Of a stretch of 64,000 nt of DNA, positions 45,099 to 56,268 are shown piece after piece. This stretch comes from Elsinoe ampelina (lineage: Eukaryota), in the NCBI GenBank assembly GCA_010093995.1, contig ML992510.1:1181339-1245338 (forward strand). Direction: 5' to 3'. The position numbers were made by a program, and so were the translations under genes. How positions within the stretch are numbered: the stretch's first letter is position 1; each line of letters starts with the position of its first letter. The notes beneath the pieces are model-generated. The model worked only from the letters and a program-made list of their open reading frames with translations, ran no database searches and was not told the DNA's origin.

Positions 45099-46622
45099 CT
45101 ATTCTCCATCTCTCCTTTGAGTCTCGTATCGCTTGCCTCGGAAGGCCCATACGCCCCAATTTCCTGCGCTGACGTCTTGAGGATCAAGATCATTCAGGTC
45201 CCACCGCAGACTTCTGAAGCGATTCTCCCCTGGTTCCAATAGAATGTCCATCTCACCACCCACCGTGTCCTTGACCCACTTGATATCTCTGTCCATGTCC
45301 CATTGCGTGTACCCGGTACAGATAATGGGTACCTTTGTGTCCAGCATCGGCCGGATGCTCTCTGCCCATTCGTGGCTGCTCGCAGGATGACCGAGACCTG
45401 GATGGAACAGTACAAATGCGTCAAAGTATGGATCGTATGGATAGAAATGCTGTGCCGCATGTATGGTGTGGAAGTAGTCGACATAGGTGCTAATCTTCAG
45501 TTGTGGTGAGATTCGATCTTCCACTATCGCTCCAAATGGGTTCGACGGCGTCCGCTCCGGTAGTGGGAACTCTGCATCACGATTGGCCATCGACTCTGGG
45601 CCAATGAATACGAGGTGAAAGGAGGATCTTGGAAATAGACTCGACAGCTGTGTCCATACTTCCCTCGGCAGGGATGACTCGGCGCGTGCCCCCAGGATGA
45701 AAAGTCGTACAGGCGGTGGGTTCGGTCTTAGTCCCTTTATGTCTATGCCAGCGCCTGAACGTGGAGGATGGAGTGTATAGCGCAGGGCACTGAATGACTT
45801 GAGTCCTTCCGTTGTAAGACGTCCATCGCCACGAAGACTGTATGGGCTAAGCTCGTGAATGACGCTTCCAATCGTGATTGGATACGTGAGTAAACGTGTG
45901 ACCTGACGCATGCGTCTCTCATCATTGACAGCCTCGAATTGTCGTGAATACATGAGTGTATCCCAGTTCATCATGTTGACTTGTGCTTCGTCAATCTGTG
46001 GACCGGGGTATTCGAACTCCGTGAAGAACCGGCCCGATCTCAGGTCGTGGTCGTCCTCATTGATCTCTCGGAGCACATCGCAAATCTCCAGATGTGCCTC
46101 ATAGTCATCCACAAAGTGTTCCTCACTACATGACACCGGTATGCCGCAATCCGGACACTCATATCGCACGTGCGCTGGAGGTAATGTCCCACTCTTTCTT
46201 GCTTCCGGATCTTCTGGACCGTCTGGCTGCCGCGTTTGTTGATGTGCTGGATGTGAGCAATAAGCATTCTGTTTCATAAAGGCAGCACGCCTCCGTATCT
46301 CTGGAGAAGGAGAGTTTGAAAAGGGGTGGAACAGATTATTTTGTGCTAGCGTTGGTTGTGAAGATCCAGTATTGTGCCCCAGGGGCGGGGGGCTCCTCGC
46401 CTGTGTATTTGATTCAAACGCTAACTCTTGTGACTTCTTGCTGGCTCCCGAGAAACTTCTTCTCGCTTTCAAATCGATCGTTTTGTGAGACTTCGGCTTC
46501 GAATCATTGGTGATCGGACGAGCGAGGAGAGCTCTCCGAAGTCCTCGGTGTGTCGCAGTGGTCATAGGGACTCGTAACGATATGCGCTTCAAGCACTGAC
46601 CACATATCGACGGTGAAGCCAT
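45099..46622 (-). CDS. MSS51: Mitochondrial COX1 translational activator Mss51
   Basis: Presequence, FHPFS.SP.PEIR.RA, CPDCGIP..CSEEH, HDLRSGR.F.EF, LGARAESSLP and LFHPGLGHP. Confidence 0.92.
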   Translation of the reverse strand: MASPSICGQCLKRISLRVPMTTATHRGLRRALLARPITNDSKPKSHKTIDLKARRSFSGASKKSQELAFESNTQARSPPPLGHNTGSSQPTLAQNNLFHPFSNSPSPEIRRRAAFMKQNAYCSHPAHQQTRQPDGPEDPEARKSGTLPPAHVRYECPDCGIPVSCSEEHFVDDYEAHLEICDVLREINEDDHDLRSGRFFTEFEYPGPQIDEAQVNMMNWDTLMYSRQFEAVNDERRMRQVTRLLTYPITIGSVIHELSPYSLRGDGRLTTEGLKSFSALRYTLHPPRSGAGIDIKGLRPNPPPVRLFILGARAESSLPREVWTQLSSLFPRSSFHLVFIGPESMANRDAEFPLPERTPSNPFGAIVEDRISPQLKISTYVDYFHTIHAAQHFYPYDPYFDAFVLFHPGLGHPASSHEWAESIRPMLDTKVPIICTGYTQWDMDRDIKWVKDTVGGEMDILLEPGENRFRSLRWDLNDLDPQDVSAGNWGVWAFRGKRYETQRRDGE

Positions 46623-47020
46623 GATGACCTCGGGAGAAGAGTCGCAATGCTGGCGCTGGGAGTGCCTGGCGTAGCAGAGGGGTTTGATAGAAACTTGATG
46701 ATGCATTTCATCGGCAGCTGCAGATTTTAGCGCCGGACAGAACCGCTGCATCAAAGCTTGGCAATCAGCTCCAGCTCGCGAAAAAGTTCAGACCTTGCCG
46801 TCGCTACACTTCCCTCGCCACTAATATCTTCGCCGCTCATTCCGACTGTATCATTGCGAGCGCAACTTGTTGACTGGAGCACCGGTACTGGATTTTCCTC
46901 TCGAGATTCTCCCGAGAACAACATGCGCTGATCCCGTCAAGAAGATCTGAACGCGGATCTTGCCAAAGGCGACGAAGCCAAACTCATCTGCTTGGAGAAT
47001 AGTCGCCACAGTCTGCCGCG

Positions 47021-50000
47021 ATGTCGGTCACTTCGTCAATGTTCATGTACAGCTTGACGCTGCAGCCTCCTAGCATGATCACGCAGGCTGTAGTTGGAAC
47101 CTTCAATGCGGAGAAGCCAAAGGAGCAGCAGATTGTCACTATCCAAGGCGATCGTCTGCTCATCAGTACTGTTGACAAGAAGACTGGAGACTTCAAGACA
47201 CTACTCACTCACAATACCTTTGGTATCTTGCGACAATTAGCGACATGCCGCATACCGGGTACCCCTAGTGATCTTCTCATCATTTCTTCAGACTCCGGGC
47301 GTATCACGGTGTTGAAGTACGATGGAGTATCGAACAGGTTCGAGCGCATTCACCTGGAAACCTTCGGCAAGTCCGGTGTGCGGCGGACTATTCCTGGTCA
47401 GTATCTGGCTTCGGATCCGCGCGGTCGCTGTGTTATGCTGTCTTCTTCCGAGAAGAACAAGGTCGTGTACATCCTGAATCGAAATCAGGAGCAGGAAGTT
47501 ACCATCTCATCGCCTCAGGAGATCAACCAGCCACAAACTCTTACGTTCGACGTCTGCGCAGTTGATATGAACTTCTCGAATCCAGTCTTCGCTGCTCTGG
47601 AAGTCAACTACACAGATATCGACCAAGACCCGACAGATCAGTCGTATAACGCCCGGGAGAAGCTTCTTGTCCACTATCGCGTCGATCTTGGTCTTAACCA
47701 CGTCGTGCGTGAATGGGCTGATGCAGTTGACTACACCGCCAACAAGCTGTTCCCCACTCCTGGCGGATCAGATGGACCTGGAGGGGTGATTGTATGTGGG
47801 CTAGATTCTATCAGCTACCGACAGCCGAACCACGATGTCATCACGATGCCAATTCCAAGGCGGCGCGGCGCAACAGAAGATCCTGAGCGAAAGCGCCGCA
47901 TCATTTGTGGGCTTGTTCACAGAATCAAGAATGACTTTTTCTTGCTGCTCCAAACCGATGATGGCGACGTCTTCAAGCTGACGGTGAAGTTGGTCGAGGA
48001 TGAGCGCGAGAGGAAGACAGGCGAGGTCGAAGAGCTCAACCTTGTTTACTTCGATACCCTACCACCGGCCATCAACATGTGTATCCTGAAGTCCGGCTAC
48101 CTTTTCCTTGCAGCAGAAAACGGCGACAGCCATGTGTACCGATTCCTGACTTTGGGTACGGAGATCACGCCCGTTTGGAGCAGCAAAGAGCAGGCTGAGC
48201 GGGACTCACCCATCTACTTCATTCCCCATGCATACGAGAACCTCGACATTGTATCAAACGTCGATAGTCTAAGTCCACAGAAGCAGACGATTGTCGAAGA
48301 CGTCGCGGGCAAGGACGACTGGAAGATCTTCACGACAGCTGGCACTGGCAATCGAAGTTCCTTCAAAACCATTTCACACGGTCTAGCAGTGACGGAGCAC
48401 GTCAAGGCTGCGCTTCCTAGTCCGCCGACACAAATCTGGTCCCTCGCGAATGATCGATTTTCGGAATACGACAAGTATCTCGTTCTTTCTTTCAACAACG
48501 TCACCATGTTCCTGGAGATTGGCTCAGAGACGAAAGAAGTTTTTGACTCTGGTTTGCGGTCCGACGTTTCTACCTTACACGTCGGCCTCATGGGTGACTA
48601 CGGCATGCTTCAAGTATGGGATCGGGGGTTCAGGTACTACACTGGACCAGACAATCAACAACCAGATTGGACTTGTCCTCCACACCGCACGATCCTCAAA
48701 GCTTGCAGCAACCACCAACAGCTCTGTATCGCTCTTAGTTCTGGAGATCTTCTCTATTTTGAGGTCTCTCAAGATCTGAAAAGCATTCAAGAATACAACC
48801 AAGGTCCAAGCCCCGTCTCGATTTCCGGAGTCGTGCTTGCCATGAGTATGGGTGATGTACCTGAAGGTCGGGTACGTGCCCCATTCCTCGTGGTCGGCTC
48901 GGACGATTCGACTATTCGAGTCCTTTCCCTTGACCCTGGCGATGAAATGCTTGCGACACAGTCTGTGCAATCGCTCACATCTCCACCACGATCGATCGAG
49001 CTCATGGCCATGGAAGATCCTACTGGTATTTCTACCTTCGTCCATGTCGGGCTATATTCTGGTGTCTACCTCCGAGCAGTCCTCGACGACGTCAGCGGCG
49101 AGCTCGGAAATGTGCGATCTCGTTTCCTTGGAGCTGAAGAGGTCAAGATGAGCCCTGTCATGGTGAACCATCAGCCCGTCATGCTTGCCTGTAGTACGAG
49201 AACGTTCATGAGCTACCCACATCCAAACACCAAAGAGTTCCTCCTCACTCCACTGGACTACTATCCGTTCCATTCTGCCAGCATCTTCAGAACCAGCCTC
49301 TTTGCCAAGCAAGCTCCACAACTCGTGGCTGGTTTACATGGCTCCGAGCTGTGCATCTTCAATGTCCCAGAAATGGACTCAAACATCCTCACAAAGAGCA
49401 TACCCCTTCAGCATACCCCTCGCGGCTTCTGCCGGCAGCCAGACTCACCTTACTTCCATGTTGTACAATCCGACGCCAACACACTTCCACCTCAATTCAT
49501 CGCGAAGCTTCTCGACGATCCCTCCAAATCGGAGGAGGAGCGCGAAGAGGAGCGTAAGATCATCGGGGACAACCCACAATTTCGTCATCCACGTGGGAAC
49601 AACTATTGGTCCTCTTGCATCACCGTACTCAACCCGCTGGCTGGCGAAGATGAGAAGGCAGTCCTTGACAATGTAGTCCTGGAGAACAATGAAGCAGCTC
49701 TATGCTGTGCTGTCGTCTCATTTGAGTCACGAGGTGGGACTCCATATCTCCTCGTTGGCACTGGTAAGGATATGCCAACATCGGCAACCTCTACCGGTAA
49801 TCCACCAACCGGCGCAGTACATGTGTACACACTTGCTGAGAACGGAGCAAAGCTGGAGTTCCTGCAAAGGACTGCATTCGAAAAGCCAATTCTGACACTC
49901 CTACCGTTTCAGGGACGTGTGGCCATGGGCGTTGGTTCGGAGCTGTTCATCTACGATATCGGCAAGAAGAGCCTGTTGAGAAAGGCAAGGTGCAGGGTTC

Positions 50001-50698
50001 CAGGAAGCCAAATTGTCAGTCTCAACACTCAAGGGTCCCGCATCGTGGTCGGAGACGTCCAAGAAAGCGTCTTCTACGTTGTCTACAAGCATCAAGAGAA
50101 CAAGTTGATCCCGTTTGCCGACGACAGTATTTCACGATGGACCACGACGACAGCGATGGTGGACTATGACACCACTGCTGGAGGAGATAAATTTGGCAAC
50201 ATCTGGGTCGTACGATGCCCTGAAGACGCAAGCCAGGAAGCAGATGAGCCTGGCAGTGGCAACTTCCTTGCTCATGAAAAAGGGTACCTCGGAGGAACAC
50301 CACACAGGCTACAACTCCAGGTGCATAGCTTCTGTCAGGATATCCCAACGTCGATACAAAAGACAGCATTGGTCCCAGGAGGGCAAGAAGTCCTTTTCTG
50401 GGCAGGTTTACAGGGTACGATGGGTATTATGGTGCCGTTCGTGGACAGGGAGGACGTCGACTTCTTCACTGGGCTGGAAGGACATTTGCGAGCTGATGAT
50501 CCGCCAATCTGCGGAAGAGATCACCTGATGTACAGGAGCTACTATGCACCAGTCAAGGGTTGCGTAGATGGAGATCTCTGCGAAAGGTTCTTCTTGTTAG
50601 ATCGTGGTAGAAAGGAGAAGATTGCTGCAGAACTAGAGCGTGAGGTGAGAGAGGTGGAGAAGAAGATTGGTGAGATGAGGACGAGGGTGGCGTTCTAG
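47021..50698 (+). CDS. RSE1: Pre-mRNA splicing factor Rse1 (SF3B3), 1225 aa, intronless
   Basis: MYSLTLQPP, HLETFGKSGVRR.IPGQYLA.DPRGR, GRDHLMYRSYYAPVKG.VDGDLCE. Confidence 0.95.
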   Translation: MSVTSSMFMYSLTLQPPSMITQAVVGTFNAEKPKEQQIVTIQGDRLLISTVDKKTGDFKTLLTHNTFGILRQLATCRIPGTPSDLLIISSDSGRITVLKYDGVSNRFERIHLETFGKSGVRRTIPGQYLASDPRGRCVMLSSSEKNKVVYILNRNQEQEVTISSPQEINQPQTLTFDVCAVDMNFSNPVFAALEVNYTDIDQDPTDQSYNAREKLLVHYRVDLGLNHVVREWADAVDYTANKLFPTPGGSDGPGGVIVCGLDSISYRQPNHDVITMPIPRRRGATEDPERKRRIICGLVHRIKNDFFLLLQTDDGDVFKLTVKLVEDERERKTGEVEELNLVYFDTLPPAINMCILKSGYLFLAAENGDSHVYRFLTLGTEITPVWSSKEQAERDSPIYFIPHAYENLDIVSNVDSLSPQKQTIVEDVAGKDDWKIFTTAGTGNRSSFKTISHGLAVTEHVKAALPSPPTQIWSLANDRFSEYDKYLVLSFNNVTMFLEIGSETKEVFDSGLRSDVSTLHVGLMGDYGMLQVWDRGFRYYTGPDNQQPDWTCPPHRTILKACSNHQQLCIALSSGDLLYFEVSQDLKSIQEYNQGPSPVSISGVVLAMSMGDVPEGRVRAPFLVVGSDDSTIRVLSLDPGDEMLATQSVQSLTSPPRSIELMAMEDPTGISTFVHVGLYSGVYLRAVLDDVSGELGNVRSRFLGAEEVKMSPVMVNHQPVMLACSTRTFMSYPHPNTKEFLLTPLDYYPFHSASIFRTSLFAKQAPQLVAGLHGSELCIFNVPEMDSNILTKSIPLQHTPRGFCRQPDSPYFHVVQSDANTLPPQFIAKLLDDPSKSEEEREEERKIIGDNPQFRHPRGNNYWSSCITVLNPLAGEDEKAVLDNVVLENNEAALCCAVVSFESRGGTPYLLVGTGKDMPTSATSTGNPPTGAVHVYTLAENGAKLEFLQRTAFEKPILTLLPFQGRVAMGVGSELFIYDIGKKSLLRKARCRVPGSQIVSLNTQGSRIVVGDVQESVFYVVYKHQENKLIPFADDSISRWTTTTAMVDYDTTAGGDKFGNIWVVRCPEDASQEADEPGSGNFLAHEKGYLGGTPHRLQLQVHSFCQDIPTSIQKTALVPGGQEVLFWAGLQGTMGIMVPFVDREDVDFFTGLEGHLRADDPPICGRDHLMYRSYYAPVKGCVDGDLCERFFLLDRGRKEKIAAELEREVREVEKKIGEMRTRVAF

Positions 50699-51059
50699 AC
50701 CATGATGATGAGGAGAAGTTTCGTTGTCGGACGATACCCAGGGAGATCAACCAAGGCTTATGTAGACAAATCAGCAAATCTACCATTTGCATCATGAATG
50801 CTGCGACCACATGCGTGTCACTTTTAAGAGTGCTGTGAAAGTTGCCCCTCCATGCCAAGCCTTATCATCATAACTTCCCGTCATTGAGGCTCGGAGGATT
50901 GCCTCTACTTCACCTTCGTACCACTCCCACCTACTCGTCAAGCTGTTCTAGCTTCTCAATTACCACGATTCCTCAATCCTGTAGATCAGCAACCTCGCCA
51001 TAAACCGCGCATGATCTCATAACCACCCATCCCACGAGCGGACTCACCACAGCTCCACC

Positions 51060-52180
51060 ATGGAGTCCGCACGCAAGACGTGGGGTCAGTCCTCCCCTCC
51101 CCTCTCCTTTGATCCCCACTGACTCCCCTCTCAGAGCTCGAGAACGCCGTCCGCCTCGTCAACCCCACCCGCGACGCCCTCTGCAGCTACGACAACACCG
51201 CCCAACGCGCCCTCCGGGACGCCCGCCCCTGGAAGACCGACCCGCACTACTTCAAATCCGCACGCATCTCGGCCGTCGCGCTCCTCAAAATGGCCATCCA
51301 CGCGCGCTCAGGCGGGAGTCTAGAGATCATGGGCCTCATGCTGGGGAAGATCGAAGAAGGGACGTTCATCATCACGGATGCGTACAGGTTGCCTGTCGAG
51401 GGGACGGAGACGAGGGTGAATGCCCATCAGGAGGCGACGGAGTACATGTCGAATTTTGCGCAGCAGGGGCGCGAGGCGGGGAGGCCGGAGAATGTGGTCG
51501 GGTGGTACCACAGTCATCCTGGCTATGGGTGTTGGCTGTCCGGGATCGATGTGGCGACGCAGAGCCAGTGGCAGATGTACGATGATCCGTTTGTGGCGGT
51601 GGTGGTGGATCCGGATAGGACGATCAGTGCGGGCAAAGTGGAGATTGGAGCGTTCAGGTGCTTTCCTGAGGGCTATGTGCCTGGAGATGCTGGAGCTGGA
51701 GCGAGTGGAGAAGCGGCGGTCGGGAATGCTGCAGTGCCCATGGCCAAGGCGGCGGACTTTGGTGCGCATGCCAACAAATACTACCCGCTGGAGGTCAGTC
51801 ACTACAAGAGCGGGCTGGACAATACGATGCTGGAGTCGCTGTGGAACAAGTACTGGGTTCAGACACTGAGTGCATCTCCGCTGGTCAGCAACAGGGAGTA
51901 CGGGACGAAGCAGATCGAGGAGGTGGCAGGCAAGATCGGGCAGGTCAGGATCGGATGGAGGGCGAGGGGTGCTGGAGGGATGGCTAAGCCTACTGGGGGA
52001 GCGAAGCATGAAAGGGATCAGGCTATGGAGAAAGTGGTCAAGGCTGCTGAGAAGATCGCCGCCGAGGAGAAGACTGGACTGCTGGCAAACGAGGTCAAGC
52101 AGAAGATCTTTGGGGTGCAGAAGCAGCCGAAGGTCACAGAGCAGGAGGACGTCCAGATGCAGATGCAGGATGTCAAGTGA
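51060..52180 (+). CDS. CSN5: COP9 signalosome subunit 5 (JAMM deneddylase); intron 51085-51134
   Basis: [53 protein letters not shown] and LWNKYW. Confidence 0.95.
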
Positions 52181-52537
52181 AGGAGCATTTGGCGGGATCC
52201 GAGAGACGCATGACGACTTCATAGATCCGAGCAGGCTCGCTGTCCACTGCCTGACGAGAGCTTGATAGCTTGGGAGGAAGAACATATGACAATGATAGAC
52301 TTGCATGCATAGCGTGGACATGGCTTAATGAAACCACAAGATACCAATTCCCGATTCTAATATACTTCTCTTAACCTATACTGCCACTGTCCAGTCCAAA
52401 GCCACTTTCCCGCGTGCTGTGACGTGTGCCCACATCCCAGCATATGCTCCATCGACTCCATCCTGCTTGATGCATCCGCCTAGCAAATTCCCTCGACGTA
52501 CTTGTACCGTCTGTCCACGTTGCAGTGCGGTATCAAT

Positions 52538-53330
52538 TTACCTGTCCTTCTTCGGGGTTGGGTTGGATCCAGACACTTGATCGCCTAGGCGATTGTACTC
52601 GTCGCTGAGGCCCTGGCTCTGCTTCTTGAGAGTGTCGATATCACGATCACGGCGCTCAAGCTCCTTCTTCAGTCTACCAATCTCGCCAGCGTTGCCTGCC
52701 TCGTCCAGGCCCTTGGCGCTCTTGCCCTTAGCGTCAGGGGAACCCTTGAGGGTCTTGTTCTCCTCCTCGAGACGGAGGACATCCAAGATCATGACGTAAG
52801 TGCGGTTGAGGATCAAGGAAAGGAAGAGGGTGAAGCCGCAGAGGTACATGTTGCGTTGAGAGTAGAATTTGCGAGCCTGCACTTCCATTCTCTCAGAGCC
52901 GAGAGCAGCAGCGCTAGATCCTGGTTAGCATTGGTGTCCGATCTGTCCATTGAGCTACATACCCAGCGACCCCCGAACCCTGCTTGGTCGCTTGACGAAG
53001 CTCAATCTGCACCCTATACACGCGGTTGACACTGTCGATGAACAGGATCAGGATGAAGATGAAGGTGATCTATCTAGTTGTCAATACCAATTGGGTACAT
53101 ATCAAGACTGTACTCACCTTCATAGCATATTGTATCTTGGCTATTATAGGACTCTCGGAAATGAAGGTGAAGAGCTTGCGCTTCCAGGTGAATGGCATGG
53201 GCACAATGAGTGCCATGAACACTACCATCTCGAAGACGAGTAGGAGAAAGACCTGTACCGTAATTAGTATCATGTACCGGTATCGATTGATGCTCTTGCA
53301 GATGCTCACTAGACTGTAGTAGAGCGTCAT
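52538..53330 (-). CDS. BAP29/BAP31 (Yet) family ER membrane protein; introns 53309-53253, 53117-53070, 52962-52914
   Basis: MTLYYSLVF.LL..EM, LFIDSVNRV, ARKFYSQRNMYLCGFTLFLSL, and a C-terminal KKDR di-lysine signal. Confidence 0.92.
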
Positions 53331-53792
53331 GATGGCGGCTCAGTCGTCTGGTCTGTGTCTAGATATCGGGGCTTGAAATCGAGGTTGGTGGTCTCAATGG
53401 AGTTATCAGAGCTCCTCTGAGATCTCCAGAGATGTTTGAAGCGAGTTTAGGATGTAAATTGAGGATAGAGACACGTCTGTACAGGAGTGAGATGGAAACT
53501 TGGAGGTACGCGGCAGGCAGCTTTCGTTCCACTGAAACAAGCTACGTCACACCCACCAAGGCTCAAAATGGAAATCCCACCTCGGATGGAAAAAGCTTAT
53601 CGATAAGAGCTCCAGAACTTCACGTGCTCGCAATTTTGGAGTGAAGACACCGACGAGCTGTGCCCATCTTCCAATCTGAAACTTAAGTGCACGAAGTGAG
53701 GCGACTGTGAATACTGGTAGCAGAGATTCCGTTGCAGGGGCCGAACTCCTTTCATCCCAGCTATCGTTCAAGAACAGCACTCGTTCGCCACC

Positions 53793-56268
53793 ATGGAGAC
53801 CGGTGCAAACGGACTGAGCAATCCGGTCAACGGAGAATCCCAACTTCACACCAACTCGACCGACTTTGCCACCAAGAAGGCCAATGCGCAGTCAGAGATC
53901 TTTCCTCAAGATTCGTCGACGACAAAAGCGGAAAAGATTGAGAGACAGGAAGCATCAACGAATGGCGGCAGATCTCCCAAGAGAGTCAAGCTGGACGTCG
54001 ACATGGCCGACACTGCAGCAGAGCCGCCAGCCAAGCCGGAGAAGACATACACCAAAGGTGTGGCAGCCATCAAGGAAGAATACCTGATCCCGCACATTCC
54101 TGGACGACAGCAACAAGAAGTTCAATTCGACGATGATGCTGCTGAGGCTGGTGACAAGGGCGACAGGGCTGGCGATGATGGCAGAGGCAGAGGTGGCAAG
54201 GACAAGAAGAGCAAACGTCAAAAGGGCGAGCGCGGTCAAAACAAGTCACGCAAGTTCGGCAGCTCAAACGACGAGCTCAGACTATGTGCATCAAGAGCAC
54301 AGTCTGACGAATTCTCGCCTAAAGAGTGCCAATATGGCCAGACTTGCCGATTCGAGCACGACCTTCGAAAGTATCTGGAGTCTGGACGGCGAGAGGATTT
54401 GAAGACATTTGACGGCAAGTGTCCAGTCTTCGAAGTACGTGGCTGGTGCCTGGCGGGATGGAAATGCCGATTCGTCGGTGCGCACTCTGAAGAACGCAGT
54501 CTCGACGACGGCAGGAAAGAGCTCGTGCTCCTGGGCCGACCAGGCACCACGGACGAAGGAGAAGCGGAGGATGAGAAAGCGCCGGGCGTGGTCAATGTGG
54601 TACCGATCACGGACAAGATTCAACTACGCAAGAAGAAGCTATCACTCCCGAAGTCGGATCAGTATAACGACTGGCTCAACGAGCGACAGAAACGCATTGA
54701 CAAGGCGTGGAACGAGTCGTCCAAGCGAGGAGAATCGGCAGCAGACGTCAGAGCAGGATATGTTGAGGCGCCATTTCGACCATCCGAGAAGCGACGTATC
54801 TATTACGGTCCTGAAACTCCGATCCTTGCACCTCTCACTACCCAGGGCAACTTGCCTTTCCGGAGATTATGCGTTTCTCTCGGAGCTCAAGTGACGTGGT
54901 CAGAAATGGCCATGGGTATGCCGCTACTGCAAGGCGAAAAAGGCGAATGGGCATTACTCAAAGCCCATGAATCGGAGCTAGCGCCGCCGAAATATACGCC
55001 GAGCAGTATCTTGCAGGGTTACGACAACAGTAAAGACATTCGATTCGGCGCCCAAATTGCGGCTAACAAACCGTGGCTTGCGACCAAGACAGCCGAAGTT
55101 TTGACGAGTCTTTGCCCGCATTTACGCGCCATTGACCTCAACTGTGGCTGTCCCATCGACCTTGTATACCGCCAGGGAGCCGGGTCGGCACTTATGGAAA
55201 ACCCGGGACGGCTGGAGAAGATCCTGCGTGGCATGAATGCCGTTTCCAAAGAAGTCCCAATTACAGTCAAGATCCGGATGGGGACAAAGGACAACCAGCC
55301 GACGGCGGACAAACTCGTGCAGCGGCTGGTGTTGGGAGGCGGAGAGGCTCAAGAGCTGGGTGAAGGACCCGCAGGTGTGGCGGCAATAACTCTGCACGGA
55401 CGCAGTCGGCAACAGCGTTATACCCGAAGTGCTGATTGGGCATATATTGCGGATACTGCGGCAATTGTCGATCGACTACAGCAGGCAAAGGACGACCGCA
55501 CCGACACTATCAGGGAGGCTGACGCGCGTGATCAAGCTGCTGGGGCAGGCGGTGATGGTGGCAAAGTCTTTTTCGTCGGCAACGGAGACTGCTACTCGCA
55601 CCATGACTATCGGGCGCATATTGACAACGCCAAGGTGGATGCTGTCATGATTGCTAGGGGAGCGCTAGTCAAGCCATGGATCTTTGAGGAGATTGAGGCC
55701 GGACAGTATCTTGACAAGAGCGGACGCGAACGCCTGGACTATATCGAGCGGTTTGCCAAATCTGGACTGGAGTACTGGGGTTCGGATGAGGTCGGGGTTG
55801 GTATCACAAGGAGGTTCTTACTCGAGTGGCTAAGCTTCAGCTGTCGCTACGTGCCGATAGGGATTCTCGAACATCTCCCGCCGCGCCTCGGAGATCGCCC
55901 ACCTCCATTCAAGGGTCGGGATGATCTGGAGACGTTGCTGTGCAGTCCAAACTACAAGGATTGGATCAAAGTGAGGTAAGTCAGCATCATTCTTTGCTCG
56001 ATATCATCAGGGTGCATGTGACGGTTGGATCCGGATCGCCCGAGTTATCACAGGTCGCAACTCTTGCTGTAGGTGGCAAGATATTCCGGACCAAAATGCA
56101 GGGCACGAGTGGCAAAGGCCTATCACAAACGTTCCTGCATGATATTAATCAACGTCATCACGAGCTAACCATTACTCCAGCGAGATGTTCCTTGGACCGG
56201 CGCACAAGGACTTTCAATTCCAACCGAAACACAAGAGCAATAGTTACGAGATTGAGGCCGAAGGATGA
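53793..56268 (+). CDS. DUS3: tRNA-dihydrouridine(47) synthase Dus3; intron 55976-56180
   Basis: CCCH fingers, [32 protein letters not shown]. The last exon encodes [13 protein letters not shown]. Confidence 0.94.

Noticed and set aside
47021..50698. Intronless splicing-factor gene RSE1
   Set aside because: Several other long genes here (alcohol oxidase, MSS51, MDM12) also lack introns, so it is not distinctive.
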